Shown here in pieces: positions 1 through 9,800 of a stretch of 64,000 nt of DNA. The stretch is from NCBI GenBank assembly GCA_020059585.1, contig JAGVBU010000002.1, positions 27,566-91,565 of the forward strand, in the 5' to 3' direction. A program made the position numbers and the translations under genes. Position 1 is the stretch's first letter. The number at the start of each line of letters is the position of its first letter. This DNA is from Minisyncoccota bacterium. Lineage in GTDB: Bacteria > Patescibacteriota > Minisyncoccia > UBA6257 > GWB1-50-10. The notes below the pieces were generated by a model that made no database searches, was not told the DNA's origin, and worked only from the letters and a program-made list of their open reading frames with translations.

Positions 1-10
1 AAACGGTATT

Positions 11-607
11 ATGGCAAAGCGGATATTCGATATCATTCTTTCAGGAATCGGGCTCGTGGTCTTCTCCCCCGTCATTCTCACTATCGCGATTATTATTAAG
101 CGCACGTCTCCGGGACCCGTCTTTTATCGCGGAGAACGGACGGGACTTCACGGAAAATCGTTCCGCATATTCAAATTCAGAAGCATGGTTGTGGATGCGG
201 AAAAAACCGGCGTCCTCTCAACAACAAAAGAAGACGCGCGCGTCACCCCCATCGGGCGATTCGTACGAAAGACGAAACTCGATGAGATTCCGCAACTTAT
301 CAATGTCTTTATCGGCGATATGAGTTTGGTGGGTCCGCGCCCCGAGGTGAAAAAATTCACCGACATGTATACCGAGGATGAAAAGGTGCTTCTTTCAATC
401 CGCCCCGGCATCACCGATTACGCGTCGATCTGGAATTCTGATGAGGCAACGCTTCTCGCGGGAAGTGCCGATCCCGACAAAGATTATCTTGAGAAGATAC
501 GTCCCGAAAAAATCCGCTTACAGCTCAAATATTTTAAAGAACAATCGCTTATCACCGATATGAAAATCTTATTCCTTACTGTGAAAAAACTTGTTTTCAG
601 AACATAA
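11..607 (+). CDS. Small bacterial sugar transferase (PglC/WbaP C-terminal-type polyprenyl-phosphate hexose-1-phosphate transferase).
   Basis: 198 aa with one N-terminal TM helix. Motifs typical of the bacterial sugar-transferase family: RTSPGPVFY, FRIFKFRSM, DEIPQL, VGPRP. Confidence 0.85.
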   Translation: MAKRIFDIILSGIGLVVFSPVILTIAIIIKRTSPGPVFYRGERTGLHGKSFRIFKFRSMVVDAEKTGVLSTTKEDARVTPIGRFVRKTKLDEIPQLINVFIGDMSLVGPRPEVKKFTDMYTEDEKVLLSIRPGITDYASIWNSDEATLLAGSADPDKDYLEKIRPEKIRLQLKYFKEQSLITDMKILFLTVKKLVFRT

Positions 608-1616
608 TATTTTCACGTATAATACATCTGTGAAACACATCTATTCAAAAAAGACCATACAGAGACTCTATGAGACGATGCTCCGCATCCGCCACGTAGA
701 GGAAAGTTTTGTCGAACCCATCCTTTCCGGCACTATCCGCTGTCCCGTTCACCTCTATGTAGGCGAGGAGGGCGTTGCCGCGGGAACGCTCGCGCACACG
801 AATAAAGACGACATCATCTTCGGTACGCACCGCTCGCACGGACACTATCTCGCAAAAGGCGGTGATATGAGGGCGATGGTCGCGGAAATCTACGGCAAGG
901 AAACCGGATGCGCGAAAGGGCGCGGAGGATCCATGCACGTTGTTGACGCGAAAAAAGGAATGCTCGGCGCGGCACCCATTGTCGCGGGGACAGTTTCACT
1001 CGCGGTCGGCGCGGCACTCTCATTTAAAATAAAGAAACAAAAAAATGTCGCGATTGCGTTTTTCGGAGACGGCGCCGTCGGCGAGGGCGTGCTTCACGAG
1101 GCGCTGAACTTTGCGGCACTCAACAAACTCCCTGTTCTTTTCGTCTGCGAGAATAATTATTATTCCACCCATATGCCCCTCCGCGACACGCGCCCCTATG
1201 ACAACATCTTCGAACTCGGCGCGCCGCACAAAATCGCGTATGCCCGCGCGAGCGGAAATGATGTACTCAAAGTGTATGATGTCGCGGGCGATATGATACA
1301 AAAATGCCGTGTGGGACAGGGCCCCGCGTTCATCGAATTTCTCACCTACCGCTATCGCGGACACGTCGGTCCAAACGATAACATTCAGGGGACGCAGACC
1401 GATATCCGCCCAAAGGCAGAGGTTGCGAAATGGAAGAGAAATGATCCCATCAGAAATCTCGAATCATATATCGCACGGAATAAAATTCTTTCCCGAGGGG
1501 AGCAAGATAAAATTTTAAAACGCGTGGGAAAAGAAATACAAAATGCCCATGCTTTTTCCCAAAAAAGTCGTTTCCCCGATCCAAAAACATTATCCGACTA
1601 TGTCTTCAAAAAATAG
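591..1616 (+). CDS. TPP-dependent 2-oxoacid dehydrogenase E1 component, alpha subunit (pyruvate/acetoin dehydrogenase E1-alpha family).
   Basis: N-terminal RLYETMLRIRHVEE. TPP-binding region GDGAVGEGVLHEALNFAAL...LPVLFVCENNYY. YRYRGH motif. Confidence 0.85.
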   Translation: MFSEHNIFTYNTSVKHIYSKKTIQRLYETMLRIRHVEESFVEPILSGTIRCPVHLYVGEEGVAAGTLAHTNKDDIIFGTHRSHGHYLAKGGDMRAMVAEIYGKETGCAKGRGGSMHVVDAKKGMLGAAPIVAGTVSLAVGAALSFKIKKQKNVAIAFFGDGAVGEGVLHEALNFAALNKLPVLFVCENNYYSTHMPLRDTRPYDNIFELGAPHKIAYARASGNDVLKVYDVAGDMIQKCRVGQGPAFIEFLTYRYRGHVGPNDNIQGTQTDIRPKAEVAKWKRNDPIRNLESYIARNKILSRGEQDKILKRVGKEIQNAHAFSQKSRFPDPKTLSDYVFKK

Positions 1617-2604
1617 ACCCTTAGAATACAGTTTGGCGCTCAATGAGGCGATCCATCAAATGATGGCGGAAGATCCCTCCGTGTTCCTCATCGGACAGGG
1701 AGTGAAAAGCCCGTGGTATGTGGGAAACACCGCGACGGGCCTTCTCGACCGCTTCGGCGAAGCGCGCGTCATCGACACTCCCGTCTCGGAAAACGCGGTG
1801 ACTGGAGCGGCGGTCGGCGCCGCAATCGCGGGAATGAAGCCAATTGTGGAACATCCGCGAATGGATTTTATGATGTACGCGCTTGATCCCATCTTAAACG
1901 AGGCGGCAAATTGGTTGTATATGTCGGGCGGGGCGGTGAATGTCCCTCTCGTCATTTGGGGAATCATCAACCGCGGAGGAGAACAGGCGGCGCAGCATTC
2001 TCAGGCGCTCCACGCGCTCTTCGCGCACATCCCCGGACTCAAAGTTGTGATGCCCTCAACCGCGTATGACGCGAAGGGGCTTATGATCGCGGCGATCAAA
2101 GACAAAAACCCCGTGCTTTATATCGATGACCGGTGGCTCTATCGCGTGAAAGGAAATGTTCCGAAGAAAATTTATTCGGTGCCTATCGGGAAGGGCGCGG
2201 TGAGAAAAAAAGGAAAGGATATCACGGTTGTGGGAATTTCCTACGGCGCGCATCAGGCGACACTCGCGTACGATGAACTCCTGAAGAAGGGTATTTCCGC
2301 GGAGATCATTGATCCCCGTACCGTGAAACCCCTCGACATCCCTCTTATTCTTGAATCGGTTAAGAAAACAAAACGGCTCGCCGTCATTGATACCGGATGG
2401 AAAACGGGAGGAATCGCGGGAGAAATCATCGCGTCAATCACGGAGAAGGGATTTCAATATTTGAAACAGGCACCGCTCCGTATCACCCTCCCCGACATTC
2501 CCGCACCGATGGCGAGGACGCTCGAGGAGGAATATTACCGTCCGCTATCAGTCCAATCAATCGTCGCGACAATTGAAACAATGGTTCGAAAAAATAAAAA
2601 ATAA
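1600..2604 (+). CDS. TPP-dependent dehydrogenase E1 component, beta subunit (transketolase-like).
   Basis: ATG at 1600 (MSSKNRPLEY...) overlaps the alpha-subunit stop by 17 nt. E1-beta signatures: IGQGV, DTPVSENAVTGAAVGAA, PLVIWG, and a C-terminal transketolase domain. Confidence 0.85.
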   Translation: MSSKNRPLEYSLALNEAIHQMMAEDPSVFLIGQGVKSPWYVGNTATGLLDRFGEARVIDTPVSENAVTGAAVGAAIAGMKPIVEHPRMDFMMYALDPILNEAANWLYMSGGAVNVPLVIWGIINRGGEQAAQHSQALHALFAHIPGLKVVMPSTAYDAKGLMIAAIKDKNPVLYIDDRWLYRVKGNVPKKIYSVPIGKGAVRKKGKDITVVGISYGAHQATLAYDELLKKGISAEIIDPRTVKPLDIPLILESVKKTKRLAVIDTGWKTGGIAGEIIASITEKGFQYLKQAPLRITLPDIPAPMARTLEEEYYRPLSVQSIVATIETMVRKNKK

Positions 2605-2608
2605 ATAT

Positions 2609-3730
2609 ATGTATAAAGTTCGATTCGTAAATCCGCAAAAACAGTTCGCGGACCACAAGGAAGAATATATGGGGGCAGTCGAGCAGGTCTTTTCGCAGGG
2701 AAATCTCATTATGCGACAGGATCTTAAGGATTTTGAGGAGTCGATTGCAAAATTTGTCGGCGTGAAGCACGCAATCGGCGTGAATTCGGGAACGTCAGCA
2801 ATCTATCTCTCTCTTAAAGCGGCGGGAATCGGCCCCGGCGACGAGGTCATCACGGTCGCGCACACATTTATCGCAAGCATTTCATGCGTCTATCTTGTAG
2901 GCGCCACTCCAGTCCTTGTCGACGTTGGAGAAGATTTCAACATCAATCCCGACCTTATTGAGGCGGCGATCACGCCCAAAACAAAGGCAATCGAGGTGGT
3001 GCACCTCAACGGGCGCATTTGCGACATGGACCGCGTGCAGGATATCGCGAAAAAGCACAACCTCATCATTATTGAGGACGCGGCGCAGGCAATGGGAGCA
3101 ACCTACACAACGAGAGACGGCTCCGTGAAGAAGGCGGGGTCATTCGGGCTTACGGGATGTTTTAGTTTGTATCCCTTCAAGGCGCTCGGCGCGTTCGGAA
3201 ATTCGGGAATTATCACGACAGACGACGATGCCATCGCAAAAAAGCTTATGCTCCTCCGTTACAACGGGGAGGACAGGGAAACGCGCTTTTTCTCCTATCA
3301 CAGCCATAATATGCTTATGGACAACGTGCAGGCGGCACTTTTGAACGTGAAAATGAAATACTTTCCTAAATGGATAGAGCGCCGACGGGAGATTGCGAAT
3401 CTCTATTATGAGGGATTGAAAGACGTGCCTCAGGTGAAACTCCCCCACTTCGACGACAATCGATATTACGATATTTATACGAACTACGCGGTGCGCGCGG
3501 AACGTCGTGATGAATTGAAAAAATATTTTGACGACAATGAGCTTGTCGAGACCATCATTTCGTGGCCAATTCCGATGTACAAGCAGACCGCAATGCTCCC
3601 GAACGACTATTTTCTTCTGGAAACGGAAAAAATCTGCACGGAAATCATCTCGCTCCCGATGTATCCCGAACTCACGAACGAGGACGCGCAAAACGTCATT
3701 GACGCGATAAAAACGTTCTATACAAAATAG
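2609..3730 (+). CDS. DegT/DnrJ/EryC1/StrS-family PLP-dependent sugar aminotransferase (PglE-like).
   Basis: Family-typical blocks: GVNSGTSAIYLSLKAAGIGPGDEVITVAHTFIAS, IIEDAAQAMGA, SFGLTGCFSLYPFKALGAFGNSG. The start could instead be 2573 or 2669. Confidence 0.85.
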   Translation: MYKVRFVNPQKQFADHKEEYMGAVEQVFSQGNLIMRQDLKDFEESIAKFVGVKHAIGVNSGTSAIYLSLKAAGIGPGDEVITVAHTFIASISCVYLVGATPVLVDVGEDFNINPDLIEAAITPKTKAIEVVHLNGRICDMDRVQDIAKKHNLIIIEDAAQAMGATYTTRDGSVKKAGSFGLTGCFSLYPFKALGAFGNSGIITTDDDAIAKKLMLLRYNGEDRETRFFSYHSHNMLMDNVQAALLNVKMKYFPKWIERRREIANLYYEGLKDVPQVKLPHFDDNRYYDIYTNYAVRAERRDELKKYFDDNELVETIISWPIPMYKQTAMLPNDYFLLETEKICTEIISLPMYPELTNEDAQNVIDAIKTFYTK

Positions 3731-3794
3731 GAACTAAAATCTATCCCCCCCACCATTCCATGGAATGGCGGGGGTTTTTGTAAATTCAAAAAAA

Positions 3795-5663
3795 ATGCGA
3801 TATTCTTGGTTTATGCAGACATTCTTGGGTTTTTTGCGGGAGAAAAAAATAATTATATTCGGCATCGCGGATGCCCTTCTTATAGTCATTGGGCTCTTCC
3901 TTTCCTTTCTCGCCCGATTCGACGGTTCTTTTCCTTCAGAATATATCCCATGGTTCCCTTATTACGCGCTCATCCTCGTCGTTTTGAATATCGCATTTCT
4001 CTGGCGCGCGCGTCTCTATGCCTTCACATGGGGATTTGTGGGATTCTCAGAATTCGTAAAGCTCATAAAAGCGACCACCTACGCGCACGCGCTTTTCGCG
4101 ATCTTTGTCTTTATCTACTGGGATAGGCTCGTCTTTCTTTCGGGATTCCCGCGGTCGGTCATCGTCATCAGTTATCTTTTCGATATTATTTTTCTCGGCA
4201 CGCTCCGAATCTCGAAGCGTTTTATTCTTGAATTCATAAGTTCCCGCGCGGCGATGAAACGCGGAGCAGCCACCATCATTGTGGGAGCGGGAACCGAAGG
4301 AGAGCAGATTCTTCGGTTTATGAAGCGCGACGCCTCGTTTAAAATAGTGGGCATTGTCGACAACGACGCGCGGAAGAAGAAATCGCAGATACACGGCGTC
4401 ACCGTACTCGGCGCGATACGAGATATCCCCGCGATTACGGAAAAGTTTTCCGTGACGCGCGCGATTATCGCTATTCCCGCGGGAGACACAGATCTTATTC
4501 GTGACGCGGTGACCCACTCACGCGACGCGGGCATCACCGACATAAAGATCATTCCCACCGCGCATGAACTGCTCACGGGAAAGGTGACGATTGCCGATAT
4601 CCGTGACGTGCGCATTGAGGATCTTTTGGGACGCGCCCCCGCGAAGATAGATACGCATGAAATATCGGACTTTATACGGGGAAAAACGGTGCTCGTGACC
4701 GGCGCCGCGGGCTCTATCGGATCCGAGATCGTGCGGCAGTGCATTGCGTTCGAGCCGAAGAAACTCTATCTTCTTGATTTCAACGAGAGCGGTCTTTTTG
4801 ATCTTGAACAGGAACTCGCGATCGCGGCTCCGCAATCGAAAAAATTCACTCAATCCGTCATCGCGAACATCACGCATAAGGAGAAGATAGACAAGATATT
4901 TCTCGATATGAGACCAAACGTTGTTTTTCACGCGGCGGCATATAAGCATGTGCCTCTTATGGAGGATCATCCGGAGGAAGCGATTCTCACAAACGTCATC
5001 GGGACCATGAATCTTGGGAATGCATCAATCGCGGCGGGAACGGAGAAGTTCGTCATCATTTCTACGGACAAGGCGATACGCCCTCTATCCGTTATGGGAA
5101 AATCAAAACGCGCAGCCGAACTCGTGGGAAAGGCGCTGAATGAGAAAAACGGAACGAAGTTTGTCGCGGTGAGGTTTGGAAACGTCATTGGATCCCGCGG
5201 AAGCGTCATTCCCCTCTTTCAGGAACAGATACGGAAACGATCCCCTATCACCGTCACGCATCCCGATATGACTCGCTATTTTATGACGATTCCCGAAGCG
5301 GCGCTTCTTGTGATGGAGGCTGGCGCGGTGGGAAACGGAGGCGAGGTGTTTATGCTTGATATGGGACAACCCGTGAAAATACTCGATGTCGCGCGAACGC
5401 TTATACGCCTTGCGGGACTCACGCCTGATGTCGATATCCCGATTGTCTTCACCGGCGTTCGTCCGGGAGAGAAGATTGAGGAGATTGTCTTTAGCGAGGA
5501 GGAAAAGCGCGTTGGCACGACGCAGTGGGACAAAATATTCGTCACCAAAAACGAATCAACGTTCGACGCGGAGCGCGTATTAACGCTCACTGAGGCGCTG
5601 CGACACATTATAGAAAAAAACCACGAGGAAACGCGGAAGGATCTTGATGAATTTATTGCGTAG
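3795..5663 (+). CDS. Membrane-anchored polysaccharide biosynthesis protein CapD/PglF/WbpM-type NDP-sugar 4,6-dehydratase.
   Basis: Four N-terminal TM helices. Rossmann motif TGAAGSIGSEI. SDR-type YKHVP. Strong overall similarity to the CapD family. Start is uncertain (3765, 3795 or 3813); the upstream hairpin terminator overlaps 3765. Confidence 0.85.
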   Translation: MRYSWFMQTFLGFLREKKIIIFGIADALLIVIGLFLSFLARFDGSFPSEYIPWFPYYALILVVLNIAFLWRARLYAFTWGFVGFSEFVKLIKATTYAHALFAIFVFIYWDRLVFLSGFPRSVIVISYLFDIIFLGTLRISKRFILEFISSRAAMKRGAATIIVGAGTEGEQILRFMKRDASFKIVGIVDNDARKKKSQIHGVTVLGAIRDIPAITEKFSVTRAIIAIPAGDTDLIRDAVTHSRDAGITDIKIIPTAHELLTGKVTIADIRDVRIEDLLGRAPAKIDTHEISDFIRGKTVLVTGAAGSIGSEIVRQCIAFEPKKLYLLDFNESGLFDLEQELAIAAPQSKKFTQSVIANITHKEKIDKIFLDMRPNVVFHAAAYKHVPLMEDHPEEAILTNVIGTMNLGNASIAAGTEKFVIISTDKAIRPLSVMGKSKRAAELVGKALNEKNGTKFVAVRFGNVIGSRGSVIPLFQEQIRKRSPITVTHPDMTRYFMTIPEAALLVMEAGAVGNGGEVFMLDMGQPVKILDVARTLIRLAGLTPDVDIPIVFTGVRPGEKIEEIVFSEEEKRVGTTQWDKIFVTKNESTFDAERVLTLTEALRHIIEKNHEETRKDLDEFIA

Positions 5664-5708
5664 AGTTCAGAAGCTAGTAGCTAGGGGTTAGAAACCAGGA
5701 GCTAGTAT

Positions 5709-6344
5709 CTAGAAGCGTTTTCGTATGAACGAAACGAGAAGCCACACTGCAACAATGCCGGCGATACCCACGCCCGTATAGAGTCCCACATTGCCTATCG
5801 TTCCCACATAGTCGGCGTATGCCGCGCCGATATACCATCCGAAAAGCGCCATAGAAAGCGCGCGGAAGAAGCCCCCTATGAGCGTGATCACAAGATATCG
5901 CTTGAATTCATAATGAATGAGTCCGCACCCGATCGATATCGCCATATTAGGGAAAAACGGAATCGCGCGGAGCATAAAGATGACAAATTCATCGGTGCCG
6001 CGCGTTGAAAGCTTTTCCCTGAAGCGTTCCACCGACTGCCATGAAACGCCTATGTAGCGCCCCCATTTCTTTATTGCAAGTTCTCCTCCGTGAAAGGCGA
6101 TGAGGTATCCAAAAAGCGATCCAATGGAGAGCCCGAACGCGCCCGGAATCGCGATTGTGAATATCGCGTCAATCGCAACCACACCAAAAGAAGAGGATGC
6201 GGGGAGCATAAAAAAACCGGCGGCGAGGAAGGGCAGGGAGGATGGAATGGGAATCGCAATTTCTTCGATTATCGAGAGAAAAAAGATGCCGATTGCTCCA
6301 TATTGCTCCACGAATGGTGTTATTGTATGTAATATTTCAGACAC
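5709..6344 (-). CDS. DedA/SNARE-associated (VTT-domain) family membrane protein.
   Basis: 211 aa, multi-pass. DedA-type blocks: GIFFLSIIEEIAIPIPSS, FHGGELAIKKWGRY. Confidence 0.7.
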   Translation of the reverse strand: MSEILHTITPFVEQYGAIGIFFLSIIEEIAIPIPSSLPFLAAGFFMLPASSSFGVVAIDAIFTIAIPGAFGLSIGSLFGYLIAFHGGELAIKKWGRYIGVSWQSVERFREKLSTRGTDEFVIFMLRAIPFFPNMAISIGCGLIHYEFKRYLVITLIGGFFRALSMALFGWYIGAAYADYVGTIGNVGLYTGVGIAGIVAVWLLVSFIRKRF

Positions 6345-6367
6345 GGATTTATACGGATAGAACTGAT

Positions 6368-6751
6368 TTATGCGGACTGTGTAGTATATATAAACCTTTT
6401 GATTTCAAGCTTCTTTTGGGAAAAATTTATAAGAAATCCAAGAGTGTATTTTGATCCTTTTAGATATCCGAAGAACTGTTTTTTATCTTCCCTCGTGATG
6501 TATGGCTTCGATTTAAGCTCAATTAAGATAGAATCGTCTACTACTAAGTCGGGAATATACACGCCAATTTTTTCTTCTTTGTAAAAAATATTTATTCTTT
6601 CTTGTGTTGAAACTTTTAAGTTTCTTAATTCTAATTCTTTCTTGAGTGCATTTTCAATCGTCTTTTCCCGAATGCCTCCGCCTATTTTATTAAATACCTC
6701 AAAACACGCGCCCCTTATTTCATATGACTCTTTTTCGAATAGAAGTGTCAT
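6368..6751 (-). CDS. GxxExxY protein (PD-(D/E)XK nuclease-fold family).
   Basis: 127 aa. Contains SYEIRGACFEV, then DLVVDDSILIELK and the family-typical KSKPYITREDKKQ...YL. Confidence 0.75.
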   Translation of the reverse strand: MTLLFEKESYEIRGACFEVFNKIGGGIREKTIENALKKELELRNLKVSTQERINIFYKEEKIGVYIPDLVVDDSILIELKSKPYITREDKKQFFGYLKGSKYTLGFLINFSQKKLEIKRFIYTTQSA

Positions 6752-6814
6752 GAAGTTATTATATATCTAATAGAATCTGTATTAATCAGTATAATCCGTA
6801 AATATCCGCGAAAC

Positions 6815-6845
6815 AAAAAACCCCCGAAGGGGTTTTTTGTTTTGA
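6815..6845 (-). terminator. Rho-independent terminator downstream of the 1152-aa surface-protein gene.
   Basis: aaaaaacccccgaaggggttttttgtttt: a GC stem with T runs on both strands. Confidence 0.7.
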
Positions 6846-6858
6846 CCCAACCTTACTA

Positions 6859-9800
6859 TTAGTAAGAGAGAGTCGCGCCGTCAACCGGGTATGAATCTGA
6901 AGCAGAGTTGCTTCCGAATTCCGTACCTGTGGTTGCCTGCGTGTAGCGATACACTACGCCACCGGTGTTCCAGTAGTATTCTGGTCCGGTTGAGCCATCG
7001 GTCGAAAGGTATCCTTTCGTGCCGTCAACCTTGAGCGAAAGTGTCGTGTTCGTGGTTCCCGCATTCGAGACCGCAGACTCGATGTTCGAGGTGTCGGCCT
7101 TCACGGTGTAAGTCTTTGAAGAGTTTGCACCGATTTCCTGCGTTACCCACGCGCCTGACGTTGACGCAAAGGTGACAGTCGCCGTTGAGGATGCCGTCAC
7201 ACCGTATCCGTAGATCGTCGTCGCCGCTGACGTTGCAACCAACTGGTCTGCTTCGTCATAGAGGCGGAAGTTCGTTACGGAGCTCGATGAACTCGGGCTA
7301 AGGCTCAAGCTCGCTACGACCGCGAAGGACTCAAGCGTAAGCGTGCGTCCTCCTGCCGGAGCGGAGTTTGCGATTGTGAATTTACCCACTACGTCCGTTG
7401 ACTGTCCGATCTTTCCGGTCGCGTTTGAAAGCGCGTTCGTAATGGTCGGCGCCGCGTCATGGAAGAGGAAGTAGTTCGAGGTTGAGCTCGAAGTTACCGT
7501 GATGCTTCCCTCAGCCAACTGGCCTTGTGAAGAATATACTTCCATATCGTCCGTTGATGAGCTGTTCACCATGACCGCCACTACCGACGTCGGTTCGAGA
7601 ATTCCCGATCCGCTTACGTCAGCCTTGAGGGTCAAGACCTTCTGCTGGCTCTGCGGCAAGGTGACATACTTTGACGAGTCGAGTGCAAAGAGCACTTTTC
7701 CGGTCACCGAGTTCACGCTTGCTGACTGGAGCAACGTTGATCCGTCATAGAGATACACCATCGCAAAGTTCGGCGCGGTTGACGTTGCCGTCTTCCATGT
7801 CGAGCTCGCTGACAAGAGCTGAAGCGTGATTTTTCTCAATTCGAGATCCTCGTTCGATGCTTCAAGACGAATCTTGTTCAATTCAACACCGGTCTGTCCC
7901 GCGAGCACTATCTTTGAGGTCGGCTTCGAAGAGTCGGCCGCAATCGTGAGGCTCGGAGCCTTTACGGTGATTGATTGAAGCGCAAGTGCCGCTGACGGCG
8001 TGGATTCAAGTGACTTCGATGAAGACACTCCGTATCCACTCACGCCCGCTGACGCAACGCTCGCATAGAACGAATCGTTTTCGGTCGCTGAGGAGAGCAC
8101 ATCCGCGTAGAGCGAGAGTACTTTCGACTGCGACTTCGCGATCGTCAGGTTTAACGTGAAGCTGTTCGAGCTCGCCGAAGGCGTGCCGATGGTCGATCCG
8201 AGCTGAGTCGCACCGTCCATAAGCTTCATGTTCTGGATGTATGAGCTTGACGCAACATCAAAGCTGATGGTGTTCACTCTCACATCATCCGCTGACGAGG
8301 CCTGAAGAACGAATTCTCCAATCTTGACGTTCGTCGCGCTCTTTGCACGGTTCGTATTCGCGAACGCGGCATTCTTCGTGACGGTCAAGGTTACATCGCC
8401 AACCGTGATCTGATTTCCCGAATAGACACTGTCCGCGAGATAGGTGAAGTCATTCGTCGAGTAACGCTTCGTGTAGAAACGACCAACCTTTGCGGTATAG
8501 TCGTCCGTTGACGCCGCGCTTGACGAGATGGTTCCCGTTACCTCGATGGTCTTCGTCGCACCCGCTTCAACATTGATGTATGAAGAGAGGTTGTGAAGAT
8601 ACGTGTCCAACGTTGATGTCGTCACTGATGACGTTGCCTGAAGTCCGGTCGTGTCTGCTGAGATTGACAAGTAGGTTTCCCCAGTCGTCGCATCTTTTAC
8701 GTTCACGGTTCCGGTGAGTGCCTTTGCTCCGCTCGTGGTGTCATAGCTGATCTGAAGACCAATTTTGCGGATCTCAAGCTTCTCTCCTGCTGACTTCAAG
8801 TCGAATTTCGCAAGCACCACATTCTGTGAAGAGGGCGCTACGCTTCCGCTCGGGCTTCCTGCCGCCTTTGAGATGGTAAGAAGTCCTGACTTTACCTTGA
8901 AGTAGCCATTCGTGTTCTGCGTGTCCGACTGCGTGAGTTCGTTTCCAGACGAATCTTTCGGCTGGATCGCGCCTCCCGTCGTGACACCCTTCACGACCAC
9001 ATCGTAGTCGTTCTGGATTGACAAACGCGTGTAGTATCCGGATCCATCAACCACGTCCGCCTTGACCGTGAGGGTCTTTGAGAGTCCCTTGTCGATCGTG
9101 TACGGGGTGGTGAGAACGAAGGTCACATAGCGATCCACCGATTTCTCAGTGGTTGCCAACACGTTTCCTTCCGGCGAATACAATTTCCAATTCTTGAAGT
9201 CGGTGTCCCGAATCGTTCCCTCCGCATAGAGAGTGATCTTTTCGAGTCTGATCGCTTCCTTGGAATTGTTCTGGTTCAACTGGACCTTGAATATTTCGCG
9301 GTCAGTCTGGCCAACTTCGATGTTTCCGTCACCAGTCGTCACAGAAAGACCTGAGACGGCCTGGTCATCGATGCGCACATCTCCGAGCGATGCGCTTCCG
9401 TCAACAAGCGTGAACGTGGTGCCTGATACGGGGAAATTTCCCTGTACCGGAACGCTGTTCGACACCGTGACATCCGACGCCGACGCAACGGAGAAGTTCA
9501 CTGTTCCGCTCGTCACCGCCGAGTCAATGTTGATTGCAACATAGACATTCTTTGACTGTCCGGCACCAAGAACGATCGGTGATCCACTAAACGAGATCAA
9601 CGCCTTTCCGTCCGCCGTCAAAGCCGTGATGATGTTCCCATAGCGGGTTCCCGCATCATCCCAGAGGCTCACGCCAGTGATCTTGGTGTTCGCGACATAG
9701 CCGCCACGGGTTACCGTGACGCCCGTCACTGTTGCACCATCCTTCCCTGCCGTAAGTTTGAGCGTCAACACTTTGTTGTAAAGTGATCCGCTCGGGAGAC

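Noticed and set aside
5664-5708. Repeated agctagtagctag/agctagtatctag motif between the convergent CapD and DedA genes.
   Set aside because: It is a short stop-codon-rich spacer between convergent genes and is too small and degenerate to call a functional repeat.
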